Virus record (IMG/VR): IMGVR_UViG_3300026382_000001
Reading direction: 5' to 3' (one strand)
DNA: 64,000 bases
From: a virus
Taxonomy: Duplodnaviria > Heunggongvirae > Uroviricota > Caudoviricetes
Shown here one piece after another: positions 18,671-28,243 of this stretch (positions are counted from its first letter, which is position 1; every line of letters begins with the position of its first letter). The position numbers and the translations under genes are program-made. Under the pieces are notes generated by a model. That model saw only the letters and a list, made by a program, of their open reading frames with translations, searched no databases and had not been told where the DNA came from.

Positions 18671-19060
18671 ATGCAACAGGAGTCCCCAAAAGTTGAGCCA
18701 AAAACTCAAAAAGAAATTTCTCAAATTTTATCAAATTTGAGAAAAAAAGCCATAAAAATGGTGATTACAGAATTAGAGTATCAACAGAGAAGAAAGGATA
18801 ATAAAAAAGGAGAATTTTTTTATTGTCGAAAAGTTACTTCTTCTCCTTTTGGAAAAGGAGCCTTAAAGGATGAAATTGATCCTAAAAGAGAAATGGTTTA
18901 CGTATTTGCCAAACAATACGCATTTTACTTATCTAAAGAACATGGCTTGGTAAAAATTTTAAACTTTAAAAATCAATTGCAATATGGTTTTAAGGTTTAT
19001 CATAAAAATAGTAAAAAAATAAACTTTGATGAGACTAATTTAGTTCTCATTAAAAATTAA
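18671..19060 (+). CDS. hypothetical protein
   Basis: The track start at 18665 is a TTG. ATG at 18671 with RBS AAAAGGAG is more likely. Confidence 0.4.
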   Translation: MQQESPKVEPKTQKEISQILSNLRKKAIKMVITELEYQQRRKDNKKGEFFYCRKVTSSPFGKGALKDEIDPKREMVYVFAKQYAFYLSKEHGLVKILNFKNQLQYGFKVYHKNSKKINFDETNLVLIKN

Positions 19061-19075
19061 ATAAAAAGGTTAATT

Positions 19076-19279
19076 ATGGATGATATGAAAGTAGATGAAG
19101 TAAGAAAATGCTTCGATACCTTAATTTGGTCAGGTGGTTCTGAAGCTTCTCCGGAAGTTATTTGGGCAGCGAATGATTTCATGAAAATGTTTCTTAATAA
19201 AGAAGATATCTTATTGTTAGAAGAGGATAGCTCGAATTGGGAAGATTTTATTGAACAATTAAATTTATTAAGAGGTTAA
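19076..19279 (+). CDS. small hypothetical protein
   Basis: 67-aa ORF. Confidence 0.35.
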   Translation: MDDMKVDEVRKCFDTLIWSGGSEASPEVIWAANDFMKMFLNKEDILLLEEDSSNWEDFIEQLNLLRG

Positions 19280-19281
19280 TT

Positions 19282-21393
19282 ATGAGTAGACGAGGAAGAC
19301 GTAATAGAGCTCGTAATAAAAATAAAGAGCAGAAAACTGTAACTGGTGAAGAGTTGGGATTTCAAGGTGGTCCTAAAGAGAAGCTTACGAAAGCTCAAAA
19401 AAAAGCATTAAAAAAACAACGCAAAAAGGAAGAAAAAATGATAAAAAAAATTGGATTTAATACACAAAATAAAAGTTGGTTTGGTGGTGGTAAATATGCA
19501 GCAGGTGGATATAAAGCAATTACAAAACCATCGGATGGAACAGATGATAAAACACTCAATATAGTTTTATTCAAACAATCATTTTTAAATGATTTAGCTA
19601 ATCAATGTGTTCCTGTCGCTGGTGGAGCGGAATTCCAAGTACATTACAGAGCATTACAAATTGTAATAGCTAAGGAAGGTATCGGAAGAATTGTATATAC
19701 TATACCAACAGTATTTTTTAATTTTAATCAAACCGTAACTTCTGGATCAGTTGATTACGATTTAGTCGAAGTAGATAAAATTTCTAAAGAGTTGCAACCA
19801 GAATCAATGGAGGTTGCTAATCAAATTGCTGCTTTATTTCCAAAAGCCTTTTTCGAAGGTAATGGTTTTAATGTAAGTTTTAAAGAAGATGAAGTTGGAA
19901 GTATTCATAGACATCCAGGGGATTTTTCGTTTAGTTCGATTGATTTGGATAACAATCCAAAACATCCTGGTGTTATTTATAGACGTGGTAATGCTGTGGA
20001 TTTAGTTCAAACCGATTCGGTAATGTATATTACTGGAACCGCTGGTGCGCAACATGTTAAATTGGTTACTACTCAAACACGTGTTGTAAATGTAAGTTTA
20101 TTAAATAATGGGGAAGATGGTATTGAAGGTTCTTATGATAGAGCGAAAACGGTTGCTCTTATTCTTAAAGATACCGATACAGCTGAAACTATTCAGCAGA
20201 AAATCAGTATTAACTTTAATGCTTTCTTTACTGAAGATGAAGTTAAAGAAATCGAAACACCAGGAATTGATGCAGTTAAGGAAGATTTTCTCCCAAGATA
20301 TGACAAAATTAAGGAAGATGAAATTCAAGAAGTTCTTGAAAATACTGCAAAAATTTTTAAACTATTTGCTGTAAAAGTTCCTGCTCCAATTACAAAAGTG
20401 GATGAAAAACTTATCAAAGCGAGAGGGTATGGTAACTATGTTGGGAGTGGATACGGATATCAAGGATATGGAAATACTCGCACTGTTGGTACTGGCCGCC
20501 ATTATGATCATGTCACTTGTACTTGGGTAAATGATGAAGAGGAAGAAGAAAAATATCCAAAGAAATTCAAAGTAACCGAGTTTTTAAAATATAAAGGGTT
20601 AACTGATAAAGATACTAAAGTAACCGATATTTTAGATGATGCTGTTATTAAAGAAATGTTTTGGATGTGTGCTGGGGAAGATGAAAAAGTTACTTTTAAA
20701 TTAAACGATAAATTAGTAGTTATTGAACCAGTATCTAAAGCTTCCCAACTTCTTAAAGTTGTATATTCTGGTACAACGTCATATAAAGCTAAAAGCATTT
20801 TTGAAAATAATGATATCTCGGATGAACTTAAAGCGGCTGGTTATATAGATGAGGAAGAAGATGATACTATAGAAGATGATCTTATAGATATGAGTCTTTT
20901 GGATTATGCTGGGTTAGACGATGATTTTGATCCGACTGGAGATTTGGCAACCGAACAACCAGATAATAATCCAAAAGAGGAAGCCGCTGTAAATGGTGGT
21001 GTAAATTCCGGCCATAGTGATGTAAAAGAATTAGAAAATTCGCAAGAACTTTTAAAAATTTCTAGATTATTTGAAAATCATTCTTTACAAATTCCAGATC
21101 GTCTTTTAAAAGATATTGGTAAAGATACTCATTGTGAGCAGATTTTTAAGAAAGCTTACCCAGGTTTTCTATACGATAACAATGGTCTTCTTAAAGTTTA
21201 TGGTGGGGACGGATTTAGTGAGATATTAATGATGTTACCAACGGATACCGGTATTCTGTTTTATCCAAAAACCGACACGGATTCATTTGTATACATTGCT
21301 CCAATAGATGAAAGTGATACTCATGGTTTAGTTAATTTCTGTAACAATGCTGTACAATTTTCTAAACAGGTTCCATTATATCAAAAGGATTAA
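19282..21393 (+). CDS. large hypothetical protein with a highly basic N-terminus (possibly virion-associated or DNA-binding)
   Basis: 703 aa. The first 60 aa are rich in R/K (RRGRRNRARNKNK...KKQRKKEEK). Confidence 0.45.
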   Translation: MSRRGRRNRARNKNKEQKTVTGEELGFQGGPKEKLTKAQKKALKKQRKKEEKMIKKIGFNTQNKSWFGGGKYAAGGYKAITKPSDGTDDKTLNIVLFKQSFLNDLANQCVPVAGGAEFQVHYRALQIVIAKEGIGRIVYTIPTVFFNFNQTVTSGSVDYDLVEVDKISKELQPESMEVANQIAALFPKAFFEGNGFNVSFKEDEVGSIHRHPGDFSFSSIDLDNNPKHPGVIYRRGNAVDLVQTDSVMYITGTAGAQHVKLVTTQTRVVNVSLLNNGEDGIEGSYDRAKTVALILKDTDTAETIQQKISINFNAFFTEDEVKEIETPGIDAVKEDFLPRYDKIKEDEIQEVLENTAKIFKLFAVKVPAPITKVDEKLIKARGYGNYVGSGYGYQGYGNTRTVGTGRHYDHVTCTWVNDEEEEEKYPKKFKVTEFLKYKGLTDKDTKVTDILDDAVIKEMFWMCAGEDEKVTFKLNDKLVVIEPVSKASQLLKVVYSGTTSYKAKSIFENNDISDELKAAGYIDEEEDDTIEDDLIDMSLLDYAGLDDDFDPTGDLATEQPDNNPKEEAAVNGGVNSGHSDVKELENSQELLKISRLFENHSLQIPDRLLKDIGKDTHCEQIFKKAYPGFLYDNNGLLKVYGGDGFSEILMMLPTDTGILFYPKTDTDSFVYIAPIDESDTHGLVNFCNNAVQFSKQVPLYQKD

Positions 21394-21399
21394 AAAAAA

Positions 21400-22437
21400 A
21401 TGAATAAAATAGCTTTCATTAAAGATCCACATCTTATGTTTGGGTTTTCTAATAATATTAGAAAACCTTTATCAGGTGGTTCTGGAAATAGTTGGGAAAG
21501 AAGTATCCGATATAAATTAGAATTTATAGCCAAAACAATGAAAGATAATGGTATAAATATTTTAATTATATCCGGAGACGTTTTTGATCGGGCAAAGCGA
21601 AGTGATTGGTCATTTAATAAATGGTTAAAACATAAAAATATATTATTGGATATTTTTGTACACGAAGGAATTGAAATTTATTCAGTACAAGGTAATCATG
21701 ATATGTTTGATGGTAAAGCAGAATTAGACGGAACTGTTTTTGGAGAAATGGTCGAAGAAGATATTATTAAACATTTGACTACATATCCATTAGAATTTCA
21801 AACAATAGTTGGTATTATTAAAATTCATGGAATGGATTATTCATTCACTAAAGATGAACAAAAAAGAAAATTTCACTCCATGAATGAGGATTCAAAAGAT
21901 TATATTAGCATATGCGTTTCGCATACTAACATTAGTCCAAATGATGAACATTTAGTCGATTTTACCTATCAAGAATTAACCGAACAATTTCCAAATATTG
22001 ATGTTCATTTATGTGGACACTATCATTTAGGTTATGAAAGTACCCAATTAAATGAAGTTACTTTTATTAATCCTTGGAATATGACTCGGGTATCCCGAGA
22101 GTATCAAGTTCGTATGGATAACCATACCCCAGAAGTTGTATTGATAGATCTGGATAGATATAGTTCAAATAATATTGATTGGATTGAACACGTGGAACTT
22201 CCACATTTGCCATTCCATAACGCATTTAACGAGGAGGTTATATCGGTACTAAAGGAAAATCAAAAGTTTAAATTTTTTGAGGATTCTTCTGGGGAAGTTA
22301 TTAGTCTGGATGGACTTATCGATGAGGATTTAGATGATAATCAATTACTTAGTGTAATTATTAATTCAGTTCTCGGAGATAAAGATCCTAAAGAAAAACA
22401 AGCTTTATTAAATAAAGCTTTAGAATATTTAATTTAA
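21400..22437 (+). CDS. Mre11/SbcD-like recombination nuclease (T4 gp47-like)
   Basis: The phosphoesterase motifs DPHL, ISGDVFDR, QGNHD, SHTN and GHYH appear in the canonical order. 345 aa. Confidence 0.65.
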   Translation: MNKIAFIKDPHLMFGFSNNIRKPLSGGSGNSWERSIRYKLEFIAKTMKDNGINILIISGDVFDRAKRSDWSFNKWLKHKNILLDIFVHEGIEIYSVQGNHDMFDGKAELDGTVFGEMVEEDIIKHLTTYPLEFQTIVGIIKIHGMDYSFTKDEQKRKFHSMNEDSKDYISICVSHTNISPNDEHLVDFTYQELTEQFPNIDVHLCGHYHLGYESTQLNEVTFINPWNMTRVSREYQVRMDNHTPEVVLIDLDRYSSNNIDWIEHVELPHLPFHNAFNEEVISVLKENQKFKFFEDSSGEVISLDGLIDEDLDDNQLLSVIINSVLGDKDPKEKQALLNKALEYLI

Positions 22438-22448
22438 GGAAAAAAATT

Positions 22449-23420
22449 ATGGAAAAAATTAAAAAAATTATGGAATTATTAGAAAACGATTATGGTACTG
22501 AAGATAATGAAAAACAAGTCATTGCAAAAAAAGAAATTATTGAGAAGTTATTTCTCACTGTTAAAATGGACCCATTTAATAATATGGACGATGCAAAAAA
22601 AGTTCTTAAAGTAATTAAGCAGTGCCAAAAAATCGCTAAAAAAAATGATTTAATGGATCAACTTGGAGATGTTTTAAAGTTTATGGAAACGATCGTTATT
22701 GAAAAATTAGAAATTAATTTAAAGGAAAATCCAGAACCAGTATTAGATAAAGAAGAAGCTTTAGAAATCAATAATCTTCTTGATGATGTAACCAATTTGG
22801 TAAACAATTTAATGAAAGAAGTATCAAAAGATAGAGATACTGAAGAAGATAAAGACTATGAATGTGATTTAGCCGAATTACCATCTAATGGTAAAACCGA
22901 TAAACCAAGTGGAGTACGTTTATCAAAATTTATGGAAATTGCTTTTATAAAAAATGATAATGAAACTGTATCATTAACTGCTACAAATTTACCAAGCGAA
23001 ATTTCTAAAAAAGAGTTTAAAAAACTTATCAAATATAATGGACTTTGGTTAGATAAAAAAACAGTTCTTAAAGAGGGTAATCATTATATGGGTATAAGAT
23101 TATTGTATTCTAAGTTTCATACCACTATGCTTTTAGCTGATAAAAATGTAAAAGTAAAAACTGATACAGGGGTAATTAATCAAAAATTTGTGCTGGTGCA
23201 GAAAGAAACAGTTAATGGAAAAAGTAAACTTAAAATTGCTAACTTCCTTAATTATGCTGGTATGAAAGTAAAAGACGTTGTAAAAAGTAAAGATATGCGA
23301 AAATTTTTAAAAGAAGTTACTTTTGAGAATGATGTAAATTTAGTACAAGACCAATACTGTATCGATGATCAAAATAACTTTTACCGTATTTGTATCCCAT
23401 TTCAAAGAGAATCTAAATAA
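22449..23420 (+). CDS. hypothetical protein
   Basis: 323-aa ORF. Confidence 0.4.
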   Translation: MEKIKKIMELLENDYGTEDNEKQVIAKKEIIEKLFLTVKMDPFNNMDDAKKVLKVIKQCQKIAKKNDLMDQLGDVLKFMETIVIEKLEINLKENPEPVLDKEEALEINNLLDDVTNLVNNLMKEVSKDRDTEEDKDYECDLAELPSNGKTDKPSGVRLSKFMEIAFIKNDNETVSLTATNLPSEISKKEFKKLIKYNGLWLDKKTVLKEGNHYMGIRLLYSKFHTTMLLADKNVKVKTDTGVINQKFVLVQKETVNGKSKLKIANFLNYAGMKVKDVVKSKDMRKFLKEVTFENDVNLVQDQYCIDDQNNFYRICIPFQRESK

Positions 23421-24163
23421 TGAAAAGTATTGCTATTATTTCTAGTAGTGGTGGTTTAGATTCAAGTACCTTAATTTATAAGGTACTGAATGAAACTAAT
23501 TGGGACGTTGTTCTAGTTAGTTTTAATTATGGTCAGGTTAATAAAGTGGAGCTTATGGCCCAAGAAAAGTTATATAGTATTTTAAAAGAAAGTAAATTTT
23601 CAAATAGAATACTTATGCGAGCGAAATTAAGTATTCCACTTTTTGATGATATTGGGTTAGTAAATATGCAAGGTATTGATGATGCAGATCATGAGTACTA
23701 TACTCCAAGCAGAAATTTATTATTTGGTACTACGGTAGCTAGTTTTGGTGAAGCTATTGCTACTAAGTACGGTTATGATAATGTATTTCTTGGTATGGGT
23801 TTACATAAACATACCGAAGAAGCTTATGGTGGGAAAGGTGAAGGAGAAGTTTCTCAGTATTGGGATATTACTCCAGAATTTGCCAAACGACTTCAAAAAG
23901 TTTTTGATCTTAATGATCAAAAACATATCGAAATTTATGCACCTTATATAAATTCTTATAAAAAGAATATTATTGAGGATGTTGTAAAATACAAGGTACC
24001 GTATAAAAATACTTGGACTTGTTATGAGCCACAAAAGGTATTGGATAATGGAAGAGATATCTATACACCATGTCTAAATTGTGAAGCTTGTATGGAGCGG
24101 GAAATCAATGCAAAAGGAATTATTGAAGATATTAATGATTATAAAATAATTTTAGAATCGTAA
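23420..24163 (+). CDS. queC: 7-cyano-7-deazaguanine synthase QueC
   Basis: PP-loop IAIISSSGGLDSS and a C-terminal Zn-binding CYEP...CLNCEAC cluster. 247 aa. Confidence 0.7.
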   Translation: MKSIAIISSSGGLDSSTLIYKVLNETNWDVVLVSFNYGQVNKVELMAQEKLYSILKESKFSNRILMRAKLSIPLFDDIGLVNMQGIDDADHEYYTPSRNLLFGTTVASFGEAIATKYGYDNVFLGMGLHKHTEEAYGGKGEGEVSQYWDITPEFAKRLQKVFDLNDQKHIEIYAPYINSYKKNIIEDVVKYKVPYKNTWTCYEPQKVLDNGRDIYTPCLNCEACMEREINAKGIIEDINDYKIILES

Positions 24164-24269
24164 ATAACTATCAATAGTTTAAGAACTGGTGGTGGTAGTT
24201 TAGTTATCTATATAGATAACTATTGTACTATTAATACACTCAACTATCAATAGTTAACTATTGATAGTT
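24164..24269 (+). repeat. compound palindromic element (AACTATCAATAGTT; TAGTTATCTATATAGATAACTA; perfect 28-bp AACTATCAATAGTTAACTATTGATAGTT)
   Basis: Read directly from the sequence. It sits between queC and the clpB-like gene. Confidence 0.8.
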
Positions 24270-24345
24270 GTTATTAAAATATGATGTGGAGGATGAAAAC
24301 CTCCTAAAAAAATCAATATTAAATAAAAAAAAGAAGGAATCGAAA

Positions 24346-26922
24346 ATGATTTACAAAAACTTAACGACAGAAGTATTAGAATTAGTAACTGAGAGTATAA
24401 CAGAAGCAAAAGCGAATGGTATTATTGATAACCATCCGGGTATTTTATTAAAAGTTATCTTATCGAAAGATACTATTCTTAGGAATATTCTTGAGGATTT
24501 AGAGATTGATATTAACGGTATTTTTAATACTATTGAAGATCAAATTAAAAATGATCCTATTAAATACGGTGAAGATGCAGATACTTCATTTGGTTCATTC
24601 ACTCCGGAATATCTTAAATTATTCGAGGTCGCTCATGATTTAGCTTTACGAAATCAAGATAAATATTTAGCACTAGATATTTTAATTATTGCTGGAATTA
24701 GTTCTGGTAATTCATTTTTCACTTATCTTGATCAATTTTTAGATCTAGAACTTTTAGAGATGTATCTTAAATCGCTAAGAGGAGATAGAAAAATTAACGA
24801 AAAAAGTTTTAAAGAGCAAAGTTTCTTAACAACTTTTTGTATCAATTTAAATGAAAAATATTTGGCCGGTGAATGCGATTTGGTTCATGGTCGAGTAGAT
24901 GAAATTGATAGAGTGGCGAATATTCTTAGTAAACGTACTAAGAATAATCCTATTTTAGTTGGTGAACCGGGTGTTGGTAAAACGGCTATTGCTGAAGGAA
25001 TGGCAGGTAAAATCGTTAACCATGAAATTGAAAATCTTACCGACGTTATCATCTGGAACCTTGATCTAACAGCTCTTATGAGTAATGCTGGTAAAGATGA
25101 AGTAGCTGGTCGCATGAATGGATTAATTAAAGAGATTCAAAGAAAAAATAAATTTGAAGATTCTAAAATCGTTCTATTCATTGATGAAATTCATTTAATT
25201 GTTGATAATGCTGGTGGAATGGATTTAGCAAATATTCTTAAACCTGCTTTAGCTCGTGGAGAACTTAAAACAATTGGTGCAACTACTACTAAAGAGTATA
25301 ATAAATACTTTGAAAAAGATGCTGCTATTCAACGTCGTTTCCAATTAGTAAAAATTGATGAACCAGATGAAGAACAATCGTTAGTTATTTTAAGAGGACT
25401 TAGAGAAAAAATCGAAGAGTTTCATAAAATCGAAGTAACCGACGAAGCCTTAGTATCAGCGGTAAAATTATCTAAAAGATATATTACTGATAGATTTTTA
25501 CCAGATAAAGCTATAGATCTTTTAGATGAAGCAGCATCTGTTGTAAGTAATTCGCGATTTATTGAAAGTACCGAAATCAAAAACTTAAGATTAAAAATTC
25601 AAGAAATTGAATTTAAAATTAAGGGTATTGAAAAAAGTATAGAAGCTTCCGATAAAAAAAGTTTTATATCTAAACAACAAACTTATTTAGAGGAGCTTAA
25701 TCAACAGTTAGTTACAACCAAAGAAGAACTTGATAAAATGGTTTCTGAATTTCAATTAGCTAAAGAAAATCGTCAATCAATTATGGTACTAAAAAATGAA
25801 ATTAAAAAAGCTGAACAAGAAGCTTTTGAAGCAAAAGCCGAATTAGATTTAGTTAAAGTAATTGAATTGGAAAAAAATATTATTCCAAAATTACTAAAGG
25901 AAATTAAAGAAATTGAATCGGGTATAGTTTCAATTAGTGTTCAAAAAGGAGATATTTCTTCGGTTGTTGAAAATTGGACAGGTATTCCAATGGAAAAAAT
26001 CAAAGAGGAAGATTCGAATGAGAATATTAAAAATATTCTTAACCTTATGAAAGAACGTGTTAAAGGCCAAGATGAAACTCTAGAAGAGATTTCAAAAGCT
26101 ATCCGTAGAAATAGTGCTGGTCTTTCTAAAGAGGGTAAACCAGTTGGTAGTTTTATGTTACTTGGACCAACAGGTACTGGTAAAACAGAAACTGCTAAAA
26201 GTATTGCTGAAATAGTTTTTGGGGATGCTAAAAATATGGTTAGATTCGATATGTCTGAGTTCATGGAACCACACACGGTATCCAAATTTATTGGTAGTCC
26301 TGCTGGTTATGTTGGACATGATGATGGTGGCCAACTTACGAATGCTATTAAACGCAATCCATATTCTTTAATTTTATTCGACGAAATTGAAAAAGCTCAT
26401 CCAAAAATCTTTGATGTACTTTTACAAGTACTTGATGATGGTAGATTAAGAGATGGTAAAGGTCAAGTGGTAGACTTTAGCAATACAATTATTGTATTTA
26501 CTAGTAATATTGGTGGAAGTGATTTAGCTAATATTCCAAATAAAGTCGTACGTGATAAAGAGAAAATGCGTTTACTTCAAGAAACATATAGACCGGAATT
26601 CTTAAATAGATTGGATTGTATTTCAGTTTTTAATAAACTAGATATGGTTAATCTTATTGAAATTCTAAATCGTAATTTAGATACTCTTGCAGAAAAACTT
26701 TGGAAAGATCGTTATATCAATATTATGGTATCGGATGAGTTTAAAGCTCATCTTATCTCAAGTATTGATATAGAAGCGTTTGGTGCAAGACCTCTTAATA
26801 GATTAATTTCATCTGAAATCGAAGATAAAGTAACCGATTTAATTCTCGATGGAATGTTAGAAATTGGTTCTGAAATTATTTTCGAAATGGCGGATGATAA
26901 AATTATAGTCGAAGTAGTATAA
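24346..26922 (+). CDS. clpB: ClpB/Hsp104-type AAA+ disaggregase (two NBDs plus coiled-coil M-domain)
   Basis: NBD1 has GEPGVGKTAIAEGMA, FIDEIH and GATT..EY.KYFEKDAAIQRRFQ. NBD2 has LLGPTGTGKTE, RFDMSEFME, IGSPAGYVGHDDGGQLT and DEIEKAHPKIFDVLLQVLDDGRLRDGKG. No ClpP-docking IGF-type loop is seen. ATG at 24346 with RBS AAGGA is preferred over 24268. Confidence 0.75.
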   Translation: MIYKNLTTEVLELVTESITEAKANGIIDNHPGILLKVILSKDTILRNILEDLEIDINGIFNTIEDQIKNDPIKYGEDADTSFGSFTPEYLKLFEVAHDLALRNQDKYLALDILIIAGISSGNSFFTYLDQFLDLELLEMYLKSLRGDRKINEKSFKEQSFLTTFCINLNEKYLAGECDLVHGRVDEIDRVANILSKRTKNNPILVGEPGVGKTAIAEGMAGKIVNHEIENLTDVIIWNLDLTALMSNAGKDEVAGRMNGLIKEIQRKNKFEDSKIVLFIDEIHLIVDNAGGMDLANILKPALARGELKTIGATTTKEYNKYFEKDAAIQRRFQLVKIDEPDEEQSLVILRGLREKIEEFHKIEVTDEALVSAVKLSKRYITDRFLPDKAIDLLDEAASVVSNSRFIESTEIKNLRLKIQEIEFKIKGIEKSIEASDKKSFISKQQTYLEELNQQLVTTKEELDKMVSEFQLAKENRQSIMVLKNEIKKAEQEAFEAKAELDLVKVIELEKNIIPKLLKEIKEIESGIVSISVQKGDISSVVENWTGIPMEKIKEEDSNENIKNILNLMKERVKGQDETLEEISKAIRRNSAGLSKEGKPVGSFMLLGPTGTGKTETAKSIAEIVFGDAKNMVRFDMSEFMEPHTVSKFIGSPAGYVGHDDGGQLTNAIKRNPYSLILFDEIEKAHPKIFDVLLQVLDDGRLRDGKGQVVDFSNTIIVFTSNIGGSDLANIPNKVVRDKEKMRLLQETYRPEFLNRLDCISVFNKLDMVNLIEILNRNLDTLAEKLWKDRYINIMVSDEFKAHLISSIDIEAFGARPLNRLISSEIEDKVTDLILDGMLEIGSEIIFEMADDKIIVEVV

Positions 26923-26946
26923 AATAATATAATTAAAGGGTTATTT

Positions 26947-27183
26947 ATGGTAAGTTTTAAAAAATTTAAACGACTTGGTTTCAGTGAAATGAGACCAGTT
27001 GTTAAAGATGAAATTAAAGCTGGAACAGAAGCTTTACGTAACCGTAGTATTATGGTTAGTAAAGTTGACGAAAAAGAAGGTTCTCCTAAAGAGGGGGATA
27101 TGATAGCTAGAAATCCAGAAGATCATCTCGATCAGTGGTTAGTAGCTAAAAAATATTTCGAAGAAAATTTTGAGGAGCTTTAA
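26947..27183 (+). CDS. small hypothetical protein
   Basis: 78-aa ORF. Confidence 0.35.
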   Translation: MVSFKKFKRLGFSEMRPVVKDEIKAGTEALRNRSIMVSKVDEKEGSPKEGDMIARNPEDHLDQWLVAKKYFEENFEEL

Positions 27184-27411
27184 ATGGAGTATATAAAACC
27201 TTTACCAGAAGATCAATTAAAACGTTACTTTTGTTCCGGTCTTAGTTTGACTGGAATAAGATAAAAAGATGGTTCTATAAAATGCCCGACCGATTTAAAT
27301 TATTTTTTAAATGATTGGCCAGACGAAATAAATTGTGGTCCAAATACTTATACTTTGGAGAATATACATAAATTCAATAATGGCTTAGAACAAGCTAATT
27401 ATTGCTAAATT
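27184..27411 (+). pseudogene. small ORF interrupted by an in-frame TAA (26 codons, TAA, 49 codons, same frame)
   Basis: MEYIKPLPEDQLKRYFCSGLSLTGIR-TAA-KDGSIKCPTDLNYFLNDWPDEINCGPNTYTLENIHKFNNGLEQANYC* reads in one frame. Confidence 0.25.
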
Positions 27412-27424
27412 AAAAAAAGGAAAT

Positions 27425-28243
27425 ATGATGAGAGAAGTTATCAAACATAGAGGCGCTAAAGTAAAGTTAAGTACATCTGATATAGATGAAATAGTAGAAT
27501 TTCTTACGATTGGTGATGTGACATTTAAAGAATTGGCTAGTACTTATCAAGTACAGATACAATACATTAAAAATATCTTTAATGGTAAAGGTCGTTTTAG
27601 ATATCTTTTAGGAACAGAAAAATATTTTAAAATGCATGAGGCACAACGTAAAATAAAGGAAGAAAAATTGAAAAGAGCTCAACAAATGAATTATTCCAGT
27701 AGTAATCCTACGTCAAATAAAAACGGGAAAAAAACTTTACTTAGTATGTCTCAAGAAGAATTAGATATTCTTTATACAAGATTACATAACGAAAGAGCAA
27801 TTGATTTAATAACTGAATATGGTATTGGTCAATCTCAGTTAAGTAAATTTAAACACGATAAATTTAAATCTATTAAGGGTAATCTTTTAGTTGATGGTAT
27901 TGATGGTATTGATGGTATTGATAAAGAAGTTTCGGTAATGGAAATTACGGAAACTAATGAAGTTAAAGAGGAACTTCTAGATTTAGCTAGAAAAACAACA
28001 GCTGCTAAAAAAATTAGTATTCTTGAAGTACTTCGCAATCATTTGGATTGTGTTGGTAAATCAAGATTACATGATTTATTAATAAGCGAAGAGTATATTA
28101 AACATGCGGTACATAATCCATTTGTAAATAATATGCAAACTGGTTTATTAATTTATGAAGTACTTCATTTAATTACTAGTTATAGTACTTTTGAAATTGG
28201 TATGTTTCTCGAAGAGATTAAAGAGGCTAATTATGAAAGTTAA
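27425..28243 (+). CDS. hypothetical protein with an internal DGIDGIDGID repeat
   Basis: 272 aa. Contains (GATGGTATT)x3 at 27893-27919. Confidence 0.4.
   Translation: MMREVIKHRGAKVKLSTSDIDEIVEFLTIGDVTFKELASTYQVQIQYIKNIFNGKGRFRYLLGTEKYFKMHEAQRKIKEEKLKRAQQMNYSSSNPTSNKNGKKTLLSMSQEELDILYTRLHNERAIDLITEYGIGQSQLSKFKHDKFKSIKGNLLVDGIDGIDGIDKEVSVMEITETNEVKEELLDLARKTTAAKKISILEVLRNHLDCVGKSRLHDLLISEEYIKHAVHNPFVNNMQTGLLIYEVLHLITSYSTFEIGMFLEEIKEANYES
27893..27919 (+). repeat. (GATGGTATT)x3 microsatellite-like tandem repeat inside the CDS (encodes DGIDGIDGI)
   Basis: Read from the sequence. Confidence 0.8.

Noticed and set aside
20101-20798. ORFs at 20108 (+), 20101 (-) and 20508 (-) overlapping the 703-aa gene
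   Set aside because: They lie on alternative frames or the opposite strand of a long continuous ORF and have K/L-rich low-complexity products. They are spurious.
21250-21310. YPKTDTDSFVYIAP near the C-terminus of the 703-aa ORF resembles family-B polymerase motif C (YGDTDSIYV). I considered whether it is the missing C-terminal piece of the split polymerase.
   Set aside because: Only about 30 aa follow it, so there is no thumb domain. The rest of the protein has no polymerase-like motifs and has a basic low-complexity N-terminus. The match is most likely coincidence.
23745-24034. ORFs at 23745 (+) and 23801 (-) inside queC
   Set aside because: They lie wholly within the well-supported QueC reading frame on alternative frames or the opposite strand, and they have hydrophobic low-complexity products. 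They are spurious.
24268-24345. Track start of the ClpB ORF at 24268
   Set aside because: That ATG lies inside the palindromic element and lacks an RBS. ATG at 24346 has AAGGA upstream and begins the Clp N-domain, so it is the more likely start.
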